Source: Guillardia theta CCMP2712
Taxonomy: Eukaryota > Protista > Cryptophyta
Direction of reading: 5' to 3'
Length of the DNA stretch: 64,000 bases
NCBI RefSeq assembly: GCF_000315625.1
Contig: NW_005434611.1
Span: 55,574 to 119,573 of the forward strand
Shown: piece by piece, positions 42,352-54,480 of the stretch
Layout of the letters: the number at the start of each line of letters is the position of its first letter
Position numbering within the stretch: the first letter of the stretch is position 1
Program-made: the position numbers and the translations under genes
Notes under the pieces: model-generated
What the model saw: only the letters and a program-made list of their open reading frames with translations
Told to the model about the DNA's origin: nothing
Database searches by the model: none

Positions 42352-45300
42352 ATGGAGGTTTGGAACAAGCTGCTGGAGGAAGGCAGCGAAGAGCGATGGA
42401 GGCTGCTGCAGCCATCAGAGTACGCAGCAGAACAGCAGCAGGAGACTGGGATCCCCCTGCACGAAAGCTACATGTCAGATAAGAGAAAATTCCGTATCGA
42501 CATCACCAAGGCAAACTCAAAAGACGCGGCAAAGTTGTGGTCCGACCCACGGTGCCTTCCTGGAGTGCTCAAGGGATACTACGACTTCTCCGCCCTGCCA
42601 GTCCCCGTCGACGCCTCACTGCGTCGAGCTGGGCTGCAGTCAGCGTTCGAGGACAGTCTGGTCTCCAAGACCAACGTCGAGATCCTGGTGTCTGCCAAGG
42701 GACTGCCGAGGAAGCGGCCGATCAGTGTGGATCCGAGATGCTGCCTGATCCGCTCGGGGAGGACGGGGCAGGGAGCGGTGTGGAGGGAGGAGCTGAAGAC
42801 GGAGAGGCTGGAGGACACGACCTCGCCAAGGTTTCAGGTTCCCTTCAAGTTCTGCTTCTGCGATGTCGGGGAGGACGAGGACATGTTGTTTGTGATATAC
42901 GATGACCCTGACCCGTTCGGACGAGAGCGCGAGGTCAGCAGGGACATCTCGCTAGGGGTATATGACTCCTCCTCCTCCTCNNNNNNNNNNNNNNNNNNNN
43001 NNNNNNNNNNNNNNNNNNNNNNNNNNNNNNNNNNNNNNNNNNNNNNNNNNNNNNNNNNNNNNNNNNNNNNNNNNNNNNNNNNNNNNNNNNNNNNNNNNNN
43101 NNNNNNNNNNNNNNNNNNNNNNNNNNNNNNNNNNNNNNNNNNNNNNNNNNNNNNNNNNNNNNNNNNNNNNNNNNNNNNNNNNNNNNNNNNNNNNNNNNNN
43201 NNNNNNNNNNNNNNNNNNNNNNNNNNNNNNNNNNNNNNNNNNNNNNNNNNNNNNNNNNNNNNNNNNNNNNNNNNNNNNNNNNNNNNNNNNNNNNNNNNNN
43301 NNNNNNNNNNNNNNNNNNNNNNNNNNNNNNNNNNNNNNNNNNNNNNNNNNNNNNNNNNNNNNNNNNNNNNNNNNNNNNNNNNNNNNNNNNNNNNNNNNNN
43401 NNNNNNNNNNNNNNNNNNNNNNNNNNNNNNNNNNNNNNNNNNNNNNNNNNNNNNNNNNNNNNNNNNNNNNNNNNNNNNNNNNNNNNNNNNNNNNNNNNNN
43501 NNNNNNNNNNNNNNNNNNNNNNNNNNNNNNNNNNNNNNNNNNNNNNNNNNNNNNNNNNNNNNNNNNNNNNNNNNNNNNNNNNNNNNNNNNNNNNNNNNNN
43601 NNNNNNNNNNNNNNNNNNNNNNNNNNNNNNNNNNNNNNNNNNNNNNNNNNNNNNNNNNNNNNNNNNNNNNNNNNNNNNNNNNNNNNNNNNNNNNNNNNNN
43701 NNNNNNNNNNNNNNNNNNNNNNNNNNNNNNNNNNNNNNNNNNNNNNNNNNNNNNNNNNNNNNNNNNNNNNNNNNNNNNNNNNNNNNNNNNNNNNNNNNNN
43801 NNNNNNNNNNNNNNNNNTCCTCTCCTCTCTCCTCTCCGCCTTATCGTCGTGTGCTCCTACCTCTCAGTTTCTCTTTCATCCCCTCCTCGCCTTCTGCCCC
43901 TCACCTCATCCTCCCTCCTCATTGTCTGCGCAGGAAGCTCGAGGGCTCCGAGGACGTGCTCTCCAGCGGGTATGCTGACGTCAACCCCAACGGCCTCCTC
44001 CTCCTGAGCGTCAAGTGCTCCCCCGTCCAGAAGCGATTCAGCGACACGGGGAGGACAAAGGAGGAGGCAAGAGCACATCTGCCAGCTCCTGTCCAGTACA
44101 AGCCGAGGGCAATGCGGGAGCTGGAGGCGTGGAGGCGCGAAGTTCAGGTGCAGCTGGGCAGGATGAAGGCTGGGGAGGCAGGCAGGCGGACCCCCCTGCA
44201 GGACATCCAGCAGAACCAGCGGGAGCCTCCTCGAGCTGGGCTAGAGCTGAACCAGTTCCTCCTCCTGCTGGAGAAGTCGCGGGTGCTGGACCCCCTGAGC
44301 TCCAAGAGGAGCGACGGGATCGGGATCAGCGAGAGCCTCCTCGGCTCCCTCCCCCGATGCGAGGCCATCGAGATCTTCTCACGTCAGCTGGGGACAGGCC
44401 AGGTGGTCAGCTGGAAGGAGCTGAACCCCCTGCTGGAGGAGGTGGGAAGCGCGCTCCTGCGCAACCTCCAGCAGAGGGTCGGGCCGCTGCCGACGAGCAA
44501 GAGAGGAGGAGACGTGGGAAACCAGGGGAGGAGGTGGGTAATGGAAGCGCGGGAAGGGGAGAGGACGGCGAGCCAGGAGAGCTCCTCCTCCTCCGTCGGG
44601 GAGCCGAGACTCGCGGTGAAGGTAGCAGGGATCACGAAAGCTTCGATCGCTCTCAAGAAAGTCCTGGCGGATGTGAGGGGGAGAAGATCGGGTTGGGGAG
44701 GAAGGGAGGAGAGGAGCAAGGAGGAGAACGAAGGGAAAGAGGAAGGGGAGGAGGAGGTAGAGGAAGAGGAGAGCATCTTCGAGCCTGGGGCTGTGGTGAG
44801 CAGGCGGAGCCTGTTCGAGGAAAGGGCGGAGGAGGAGGCGCGAAGTCTTGCTGAGAGGAAGGAATGCATCAAGGAAATCTTCTCGTCTGTTGCTGATGTG
44901 AGTCCATTCCTCCTCCTCCCTCTCCTCCTCCTCCACCTCCTCCTGGTCACGGTTGTGCCCGTCCGCCGTCGGCTCCTCCTACCGTACCGTACCGTACTGC
45001 CTCCTCCTCCGCGGCGTCGTCGTCGTGGTCGTCGTCGGTGGTCGTGGCCTTGGTTCCTGTTGACGCGAACTTGTGCTGCTTACCTCCGCTAGGGCTAGGA
45101 TGAGAGTGATAGAGGCAGGGGCAGGCGGTCGAGTTCGTATTCGTGGTCATGGCTGTTGNNNNNNNNNNNNNNNNNNNNNNNNNNNNNNNNNNNNNNNNNN
45201 NNNNNNNNNNNNNNNNNNNNNNNNNNNNNNNNNNNNNNNNNNNNNNNNNNNNNNNNNNCCTTCCCCCGCCTCCCCAATCTCGTCCAACTCCTCCTCCTCA

Positions 45301-45829
45301 CCTTCCTTCCCTCCTCCTCCTCCTCCCCTCGAACTTCTTGTCCTCTCCCTCTCTTCCCTCTTTCCCCTCCTCCGCTTCCCTCTCTCCCTCTCCCTCGCTC
45401 TCTCCTCCTCCTCCGTCTTCTCCTCCTGAAGGTCTGGCAGCGCGCAGAAGAGGACTGGACGTCCAACATGCAGTGGCTCCTCGGGGGACGAACTCGTGCA
45501 GCAGTCGAAGCCTTCAGAGTGAAAGTGAGCAGCGGAAGATGGGGAGACGATCCGAAGGGAGAGGAGGGAGGAGAGGAGCCGGCAAGGGGGAGAGATGAAG
45601 GCGGGAAGGAGGAGGAGGAAGGTCATCGGAAGGAGGGGGAGGAAGAGGAGGGAAAGGAGAATGGAAGGGATGAAGAGGAAAGAGCGGGAAGGGATGGAGA
45701 TGAAGGAGACAGAGAGCAAAGAATGAGTGGAGGAGGAATGCAAAACAACGTAAAGGAGAGCCAGGAAGATGACGAAACAAACGAAGAAGAGAAGAGAGTT
45801 GAAGTCGTGAACAAGTTTCTTGAGATGGA

Positions 45830-45889
<60 letters not shown>

Positions 45890-46167
45890 AGAGACTGGAA
45901 GGAGGAGGTTCTCGCAGGAAGAAGCAGTAAGGAAGAGAAGGGAGATGCAGGATCTGATCGCAAAGATTGGCAACGAGCTCGAGGACGCGCAGAAGGGTGG
46001 TTGGAAGCTCGAGAGCGGGAGGAGAAGAGTTCGGCCTGAGTCAGCTCCCAAGCACGTCAAGGCTCCTTCCTCCTCCTCTCCTCCCTCTGCCTCCCTCAAG
46101 CCCCTCAAGACAAGACCCATCAGCGCGTTCGAGGTTCCGAGGAGGGCCAAGATGCCGCTAGATGGCA

Positions 46168-46207
<40 letters not shown>

Positions 46208-46441
46208 AAAGATGCCGGCGCTTCCTCCGAGTGCAAGGAGGGTCTTGACGGAGCCTGGGAGGGTGACGCCAGGAGGGGGCCGGGTGTGGGCATGGGAGGA
46301 GACGTCGGAGCTGGACAAGTTCGGGCTGGAGCTGAAAACTCTCCCGGCACCCCAGAGAGCAGGAGGAAAGCTCGTCCTCGCCACACACAACACGAGGCTG
46401 ACCGTGCGAGAACTCATCGGTGAGTGAGAGGAGCAGCAGCA

Positions 46442-46481
<40 letters not shown>

Positions 46482-46588
46482 CAGGAGGGAAGGAGGAATA
46501 TGCTGAAGAGGAGCAGGGAAGGACAAGCTGGATGTCGAGGAGGGCTGGAGAGGAGGAGAGAGCGATGGAGAGAAAGAGGATCAAAGGG

Positions 46589-46623
<35 letters not shown>

Positions 46624-46790
46624 AGAGTGGGAAGGAGCAAGCGATGTTGTCTGACGGCGGCACAGATAAGAGTCTCCTTCAGAAGGGGCTGGAGACTCCA
46701 CGAGCTCTGAAGCTTCTCGACGATCCCTGGCTGCCGTTCAGCACGCGGCTGCAAACAGCAGCAGGGAGAAAGGGGACCAAGAGGAAGTGA
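42352..46790 (+). CDS. C2-domain (copine C2A-like) protein with a long low-complexity C-terminus, interrupted by two assembly gaps
   Basis: VEILVSAKGLPRKRPISVDPRCCLI...WREELKTERLEDTTSPRFQVPFKFCF...DMLFVIYDD. An upstream exon is possible. Confidence 0.65.
42981..43816. other. Assembly gap (N run)
   Basis: Ns, flanked by TCC-rich low-complexity sequence. Confidence 1.
45159..45258. other. Assembly gap (100 N)
   Basis: Ns. Confidence 1.
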
Positions 46791-46920
46791 AGAACAAGGT
46801 GAAGTTTGAGCCAGCAGATATGAGGGAGGAGGAGGAGCAGGAGCAGGAGGAGGAGGAGGAGGAGGAGGGTATGGAAAGAAAGTTGGGACTTTATCTCTTC
46901 TTACAAGGATTCTGCTCCTC

Positions 46921-47873
46921 CTACGCGTCCTCCTCTCCTCCCTCAAGGATGGGCGACAGGATATAGCTCCTCGACATGTCCGAGAGCTGAGCCACGTGGC
47001 TGTCTTCTAAGTTGAAGTCCAGGGTTTCACAGACTGAGGAGGGGCTCCTGTCGCTCGAATGCTTCATCCACCCCTCCAGCTTCCATCCCTGAGGCACCTC
47101 CACCGCCTGCTCCCTCCCCCCAGCCTGCTCGCTCCTCCCCCTCCTCTCCCTCCCGCAAGGGCTCGCGCACTGGAGGAACGCATCGCTCGCATGCACGCAG
47201 TTGGTGCCTGACGTCTGCTCCAGCAGCTCGCACGTCTCCATCCCCTTCCCCATCACGTGGAACCTCGACTGCACCCTCCCCAGCACCCCCGCCACCACGA
47301 CCCCCAGGCAGAGGCCGATGCGGCAGTTCAGATCCACCTCCTCCTCCTCGCGGAAGCGCTGGAGAGACAGGATCATGTGGCGAGCCAGCGACAACATCTC
47401 CCTGCACTTTCTGTGTGTGCTTTCAGCCGTAACCCAGTCCTGCTCGCAGGGCAGCCAGCCCGTGACGATGTACGCGTCCCCACCGTGTCCATCTTGAAGA
47501 GCTGCAGCTGCTTCACCCGCTCGTCGAACTGCGAGAAGACCTTGTGGATCATTTTCGCCACGTCGATCGCCTTCATGGTCTGCGACATCCTGGTGAAGCT
47601 GCAGATGTCGAGCTGAAGGATGACTGCCGTCTGTAGGTTGCTCTGGATCGTCAGCGGAGAGTGTATCATCTTCTGCACGATCTTCCCCGGCAGCAAGTCC
47701 AGCAGGATCTCTTGCAGGTTCTTCAGCTCTGACATCCTCGACCTCCCCGCGAACCAGTTGAGCCTCTCGTGCACTTCCAGCCTGTAGGAGAGGAAGAGCC
47801 CCGACAGAAGCACCAGCGCTAGCTGCACAAGGCAGACGTCCCCTGCTCCTGCTCCTGCTCTTGCTCCTGCTCT

Positions 47874-47921
<48 letters not shown>

Positions 47922-50132
47922 CCATGGAATTTGCTGCCAGCGGCAGAGGACGACGAGACGAGAAGCGAGGACGAAGACTGTGAGCTTCAGGACCTGGCGG
48001 AAGTCGATCCCGGAGGAGATGGAGTGGAACACAAGGTAGACGGCCACAGACAAGAGCATGCGATCGTAGCGGCTGTCGAGCATGCAGAGGGCGGTAGAGA
48101 GGAGGAGGAAGAAGACCTTGAGAACGAAGAGACCCTCCTTCACTCTCCCTGCCTTCTGCTCCCTGCACGCTAGACGGAGGAGGAGCCCCACCGAGAGGAG
48201 GGAGCCGAGGAAGTGGAAGAGGGCGAGCACGAGCACGACCCTCTCCTCCTCCCAAGAGCTCTGCCGCACGATGAAGTGGAAGTGACAGACGACGGCGCAG
48301 AGGTGGACAACAAGGGCAGCCATGAGTGCTATTCTCTTGCTGCTCGCGCTCTCTTCCTGAAAGCTCTCCTCAAGCTTCCCGTCCTTGAACTGCGTCAGGG
48401 GGTTCAGGCACGCCCTGGTCCTCCTGCTGAAGGAGGAGGATGAGCTGCAGCAGTGGCTCCACGATATCTCCGAGTCCTCCAGCTTCAAGTTCTGGTTGCA
48501 GAATCTGTTGAGCTTGCACACGCCCCCATGGGAGAAGGACTGAAACACGTCGTACGCCTCCACCTTGAACACTTCCATCTTCCCCTTCCCCTTGATGTCC
48601 ATGTGGCCCTTGTACATGCAGGAGCAGAGCTTGTCCTCGCAGCCCTCCATCACCTCAGCGAACTCACGCGTGCATAGAACCTCGTTCGGCTCCGCATACT
48701 TGCACATCCTTGCCGCCGTGTTAGCCGTGTCCCCGTAGACGCAGTAGAAGGCCCGGTGTTGCCCGATCACAGCTCCTGCGATAGCGCCATGGTTGATTCC
48801 CACCTTGAGCTGCAAGCTGACCCCCTCTACCGTGTAGTAGTGCGCCAGCTCCCGCAGCTCGTTGGCCAGGCGGATCATCTGCACAGCGTACGACTGCGGG
48901 TACGGCTTTCCCTGCTCTGCCTCGTCGAAGGGCCTGGCGGCCCTGGGGCAGGTGATGATGTACCAGTCGCCGACATGCTGGTACTTGTACATGCCATAAT
49001 GGTCGACGACGTCGTCGAACATCTCGAAGACCTCGTTCAGCAGCTTGAACGTCTTGGTGGTGGATCGAGCTTTCAGGTACCTCTGCGGCTCCAGCGAGCA
49101 GAACATGATGGTGCATGCGGGGAGAGAGACGCCGAGGAAGTCATTGATAGGACAAGTCTCCATCTTCTGCAAGACGTTCTCAGGGATCAGCGTGTAGATC
49201 AGACTCCTGCTCTGCTTGATGGCTACCAGCGACTGCCTCGAAACCAAGAACTGCTGCCACTCCCGCGTGTTGAGGAGCGAGCCAGAGAGCGTCGAGGCTG
49301 CTGCAATGATGTTCTGGACGATGGATACGACCACCAATCTCGAGGACAAGATGCCAAGGAGGGAAGAAACAGTCAGCAGCAGGACAGTGTTCACTCCGTT
49401 GAGAAGCATCGTCGTCCTTACCCGGAGCTGAAAGAATCGGGGGAGCAGAGGGGCAAGCATGAACAGCGCAATACAATCTCCTCCCATGAAGAGGGTCGAG
49501 CAAGTCGTGCGGTAACGGCAAGCGCCCTCTGAACATATTTCGTCCAGCTTCTGCGTGTGACATCCCGGAAACGAAGCAGTTTGCTGGTTCTGTGAATCTA
49601 GCACAGCGACATTCTGTTGAAGGAACCACAACTTGGACTTGTGCATCTCCAGCCTGGAGTAGAAGAGAACAATACAAACATACAAGGATAGAATATACAT
49701 GGACAGAACAATCTCATACTGTCGCTGCAAGTACTTCCTGATGGCCGACGATAGAGACAATCCGATCACAAGCAAGGACAACAAGCTGACAATGAGGTAG
49801 GCCACTGACTTTGCCCGATCTAAAACCCTCTCCTGGTCATCAGGGAGCGGGAGCTGGTCGTAGAAGGACGCCATGACGACATGAAACGTGATGATGAGCA
49901 TGAAATGAGCTGTGCGATTGTTGAACTTCAATTCCCAGAAGTCACAGCGAACATTGTCATGCATGGAAGAATCCGACTTGACGTCCCACGTATCATGACT
50001 CAGCAACTCGTTCATTACAGTGTGCATCCTGATCTTGCTGAACTGGTCCAGACAGGCAGCAGCTTTTAGAACCACTCGCGACACTGCTGCATAAAGATCC
50101 ACGATCGCCCTTGCCCAGAAAGCTTTCGCCAT
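46921..50132 (-). CDS. Transmembrane class III nucleotidyl cyclase, M1-C1-M2-C2, probably guanylyl-type; apparently intronless; 1-nt frameshift at ~47478-47481
   Basis: C1: CTIMFCSL...KLLNEVFEMFD...YKYQHVGDWY...LKVGINHG...GAVIG...YCVYGDTANTAARM...IKGKGKM. C2: ILQLDICSFT...FSQFD...FKMDTVG[fs]DAYIV...CRIGLCLGVVVAGVLG...FHVMGKGMETCELLEQ. Two multi-TM blocks. Confidence 0.93.
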
Positions 50133-50639
50133 GCCGAAAGAAGGGGGGAAGGTGTCCTCCTTCTCTCAAGATATTTGGGGATTGCAGTTCAGTCTTGATC
50201 ACAAAACAGAGCGACAGTTGGATCCATAGAGGACACGTTGCGTAGTGCGGGAGTTCAGATCCTTGTTAGATACACGACGTGCGCATGCAAAGAAAGTGCC
50301 ATAAGAGAGATGCGGGGACGAGGAGGCAGATGGCAGGCGGATGTGGAGGAGGATGAGAGGGTGGGGTCGGGTGGAGTGGGAGGGGTGGGTGGGGTGGGCA
50401 GGAGTTAGGGGGCACGGTGAGAGATATTATCAATGACTTGCAGGAGGCAGATGGGCTAACGGCGCGGAAGGGCTGAGGCGGGAGCAGGAGTGAGAGGATG
50501 AGATGGAGAGAGCAGGAGTGAAGGAGACGGAAAGACTAGTGACAGGAAGGGGAGCGGGAGCGGGAGCGGGAGCGGGAGAGCGGGGGAGGAAGGTAGAGTA
50601 GGGGACTGTTCAGGGAGGGTTTCATCTCATGGATTTGTC

Positions 50640-52820
50640 GGGGAACCAGTTTCTGACAAAAGAGGGGGTGGGGTAGTACAATATGTACGGGTAGGATAGA
50701 GGATTCATGAGGCTGCTCAGTATCTTTCAGGGGTGAATGAATATGGAAAATAGGGGTACTTATCGAAGAGTCTTATTGTTAGGGTGGGGTACTATGACAC
50801 ATACGTATGACGATAAAAATGTAATGAAATAGCACGGCACCCCACCCCTCCACCATCCATATGTAGGGGTGGGGAATGGAGAATAGGGGTACATCTGGCA
50901 AAGTGACCACGAAAAAGGAGGGTGATAGAGGGTAAAAGATAGGGTGGGCAAAAAGATTGCTGGGGTCCGTGCACGTGGGAAAGGGTCAACCAGGAGGGGG
51001 TGTAGGGTATCAACAGCCGTACTTTGAAGTAGTGACCGATAGGGGTCCTCTCCTATTCCTGTGAATTTCCTGGGGGTGGGATACATGTTGGTGGGGTATG
51101 CAGACATCAAAAGGGGGTTCTTTTACATAGATTTAGGTGGGTCCTCACCAATGTGGTACGGTGGGTTATGAGAGAGGGTGGGTGTAGCTTTGTGGTGTCA
51201 TCGAGGGAGTCCAGTACAAAGTGCACATCAACCTGGCAGTTCCTTCTTGATGGGGTTGAGTAATCTTTTACTGAGCCTCTCGGCCATTCCGAAGTTCCGT
51301 GCCACTGTGACGGTGACTCGTGCCGCCGGCACTGACAGTGACCGGCCCCGCCGCGGCCGGCGCGGCCCGGCCCGGCCCGGCCGGACCGTCGCCGGACCGT
51401 CGGACTTCCGGCGTGACTCAGTGTCTAGCCTCAGATCAGATACTCGGATACCCTACGGTCCGACCCGGGCGCGGCCGGGGGGGGGGGACCGGGACTCGGA
51501 TGATTGAGCGGCCGGCGGCGCCGGGCCGGGGGCCGCCGGGGGGCGGCGGCGCCGGCACTGCCGAGTTACTAAATTGAGTAACTTAAACTCGGAGCTCCGC
51601 GGTCGGAGGGGCCGAGGCCCTCCAAATTACAGTCGGAGCGGCCCCACGGCAGCGGCCGACTCGGGGCCCCCGGTCTTGAGTGACTCAAAGTTCAGCCGCA
51701 AGTTAAACTTGAATCTTTTCTTTACTCAAAGTTAAGTGAAAAATCAGTACGAGGACAATCCTGATCGGACACCTAGTGAGGCCCGGCCCAGCGCTCAGTC
51801 ATGGCGTCATCGAGTCATAGTTGGCTGGTTGCTGACTGAGATGACTCACCGAGTCTTTACTCAAAGTAGTCATGAGCCCTGGCCCCTTCACTCTCAAGTG
51901 CGTGCTCTCATAGAGAATCCCCGGTGGGGTGGTCCGATGGGGTACGGTCTCAGGGAACCGTGGGGGTACCGGGTAGGATCAATGGGGGTGGGGGTTGAAA
52001 TCGGAAGGGGTAGCACATTTTACTAGATCTCAATAATTCAGTCAAGTTGACTTTCGTACCCACTACTAGTAGCTTCTACTGCCCGAATATACCTACCCCC
52101 ACCTACCCCCCGGGCCACCCCACCCCACCTAATCATCCTAGCTGCAAAAGATTACGATCTGCACTCGATACCCCAACACCCCCAATATATCCTTTGTAAG
52201 TACCGGTGTGACAATCACACAGTCACCCCCTGAACCCCACAGACATGAAAGGTACCCACCTTATGTACCGGATATCTTCCAGTAGATGGTAGGGGTCATC
52301 ATGGAGGGTCTTAAATACTACCGGTTCTATTCACTGACTATAGTGGGGTACATTTGGAGGCCATGACAACCCTACCCCACCGGTACGGCACAACCCAATC
52401 CATCAACGACGCCTCACCCAATCCCGAGTCCGCAGCCTGCAGACTTGCACCTGGCGATCCACAACTCCAGATACCCCTCCTTTGTAACACACTACCCCTA
52501 CATTGCAACACATGCATAGCAAGATCGCTGATTCATCAATTGTGCTTCTATTCAATGGAACAGATTGCTGCCCCATATGGGTGTTTTGTGAACCCCTGAC
52601 CCTACCTGTTGCAAGAAGCACCCATCACTTATGTACCCCCACCCCCCCAACATCAATACAGTTACCCTGGAATGACTTTTGTAGCTTAGCCAGCGGCAAT
52701 ACCGGTAGTGACCCCACCCCCAGGCCCACATCTCACCCCAGGGTGGCTGCGTTACCACCCTCTCTACGTCCCTTTACCACCCCACCCATTTACCCACTAT
52801 CCACTACCCTACCGAGGTGC
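50640..52820. repeat. ~2.2-kb composite intergenic element: G-tract arm, GC-rich core (51280-51880), C-tract arm
   Basis: GGGGT words dominate the left side up to ~52020 and ACCCC words the right side from ~52055. TCTTTACTCAAAGT occurs at 51719 and 51854, with multiple TGACTCA/TGAGT words. Confidence 0.7.
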
Positions 52821-53399
52821 TGTCTCCATCTTTTCCCTTCCTTTTGTTCCTCCTCCCTTTGTTATTACTCTGTCCTATCCGTCTTCGTTCAACACAGCTT
52901 CAGATCTTAACATGAACACCCATGCTTCCTCTCAGCGCCATCCTATTCCTCTTTCTACCCACTGACCTCCTTCACTCATCAGCAGTATGCTCGACAGCCC
53001 TATCCTGAAATGTTTTCACGAAAATCCATGGACTTTTCCCTCGGGGCCTCCACTTGCGCTTGCAATTTTGGTCAATGCCTTATCTGACTCATATTGTGCT
53101 TGTTTCACCTCTTGCAAAGAGAAGAGCGTTCAAATGAAGTAGGATGTCTAGAGCGGTTGATGGTCAGAAATAGTCTTCAATGCAACATACACCAAGACAG
53201 CGGCATAGCATTAGGGGCTGTATTTGCTGTTGATGTCAAGAGCTCGATATGTTGTCATGCTAGTCAACACACGTACTGAATCGTTTTTAGCAGGATCAAA
53301 GTTATCTTCATCTCCCTCTGATTTCAATTCCTTCCTCAAACTCGATTCATTCATACCTTACTGAATTGAACCCACGCGCTCCATTCCTACTCTAGCAAT

Positions 53400-54323
53400 A
53401 TGCCATTCAGCAACAAACTCCTCGCTGATGAAGAGGAGATGAGCATGAAATTTCGCCGGACAACATCCGCCACTCAAAACGCGACAGCGACACAAGCTCG
53501 GCTCCAACTGAAGGAGGCTTTCAAGGTCTCATTTCCCCAATCTACACTTCAGCGCCACATGCTCATGTTGCCGTGCAGGAGATCGACAAAGATTCCAGCG
53601 GGGCTATCGATCAAACAGAGTTTCAGGACGTCTTGAAGTACCTGCAGATACAGCTACAAGACCCGCTCAACGACGCAGACACAGTCTTCGGTGAGAGAGA
53701 ACCTTGTCTCTGAGTGTATCCTGACGAGGGTAACATCAGATTACATGGACCACAACGGGAATGGTCTGATCACGTGCGATGAGTTTCTCAACACGTTCGA
53801 CGACTTGATCCACAAGAGAGAAGCTGTCGGGCACATGGACGTGGACGATGTTATCAAGGACACTCTGTGCGGGATCCTCTCTCGAGCCCGGGAAGAGCGA
53901 GGGCATGTGATCCAGGCGTTCATGATTGCTGGGCAGAACATAGAGCATAACGACGAGGGATTCGGGAAGGGATACTGGGGATGCAAATGGAAATTCATTC
54001 TTTTCGACAAGATCTACGCTAAACCTGTGGTGGACGGAAGTCTTGTGCCCGTAAAGCAGAGATACTCGTTCCTGAAGGAGAAGCTTGAGTTGATTCAGGA
54101 CCAGAAGTACTGCCCTTGGCTGGAAGCGATGATGGAGTCGGAGGAGCGATTCAAGAAAGAGATCATCAAGCACGATGTACTTGCTGCTTGTCCGTGCCCG
54201 GGGAGATGCGCTGACGTTTCATGGCAGGTGGTTCGAGACTTCTGCAAAGAATGGCTGCGACACCTGAACGAGCTACATCCTGACAGGATCAGCTCTGAGA
54301 CTCCACAGGACAAGGCTGGATGA
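53400..54323 (+). CDS. EF-hand pair protein with an uncharacterised C-terminal domain (4 exons)
   Basis: LKEAFK/EIDKDSSGAIDQTEF and VF/DYMDHNGNGLITCDEF are canonical EF loops; GT-AG introns. Confidence 0.88.
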
Positions 54324-54480
54324 AGCTGCTGGATCGCAGGAGTTCCGTGAGATTCAGCAGATGTGAAAACTTTGTACTCAATTTGTAGACTAGAAAATTA
54401 CAAGGCAAGTGATAAGAAGCTTATGGAAGCTCAGCAAAATCAGCACACAAGAAGCAACAAGTAGCAAAGAATAGCTCCTA

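Noticed and set aside
42962-43978. Long ORFs spanning X runs
   Set aside because: Artefacts of N gaps.
28194-50132. Alveolate-type P-type ATPase-guanylyl cyclase fusion
   Set aside because: The ATPase is P2B rather than P4, lies on the opposite strand, and is ~14 kb away with genes in between.
50640-52820. Interstitial telomere array or coding transposon
   Set aside because: The G-rich words are irregular rather than tandem TTAGGG/TTTAGGG units, and no transposase/RT ORF, clear TIR or TSD was seen.
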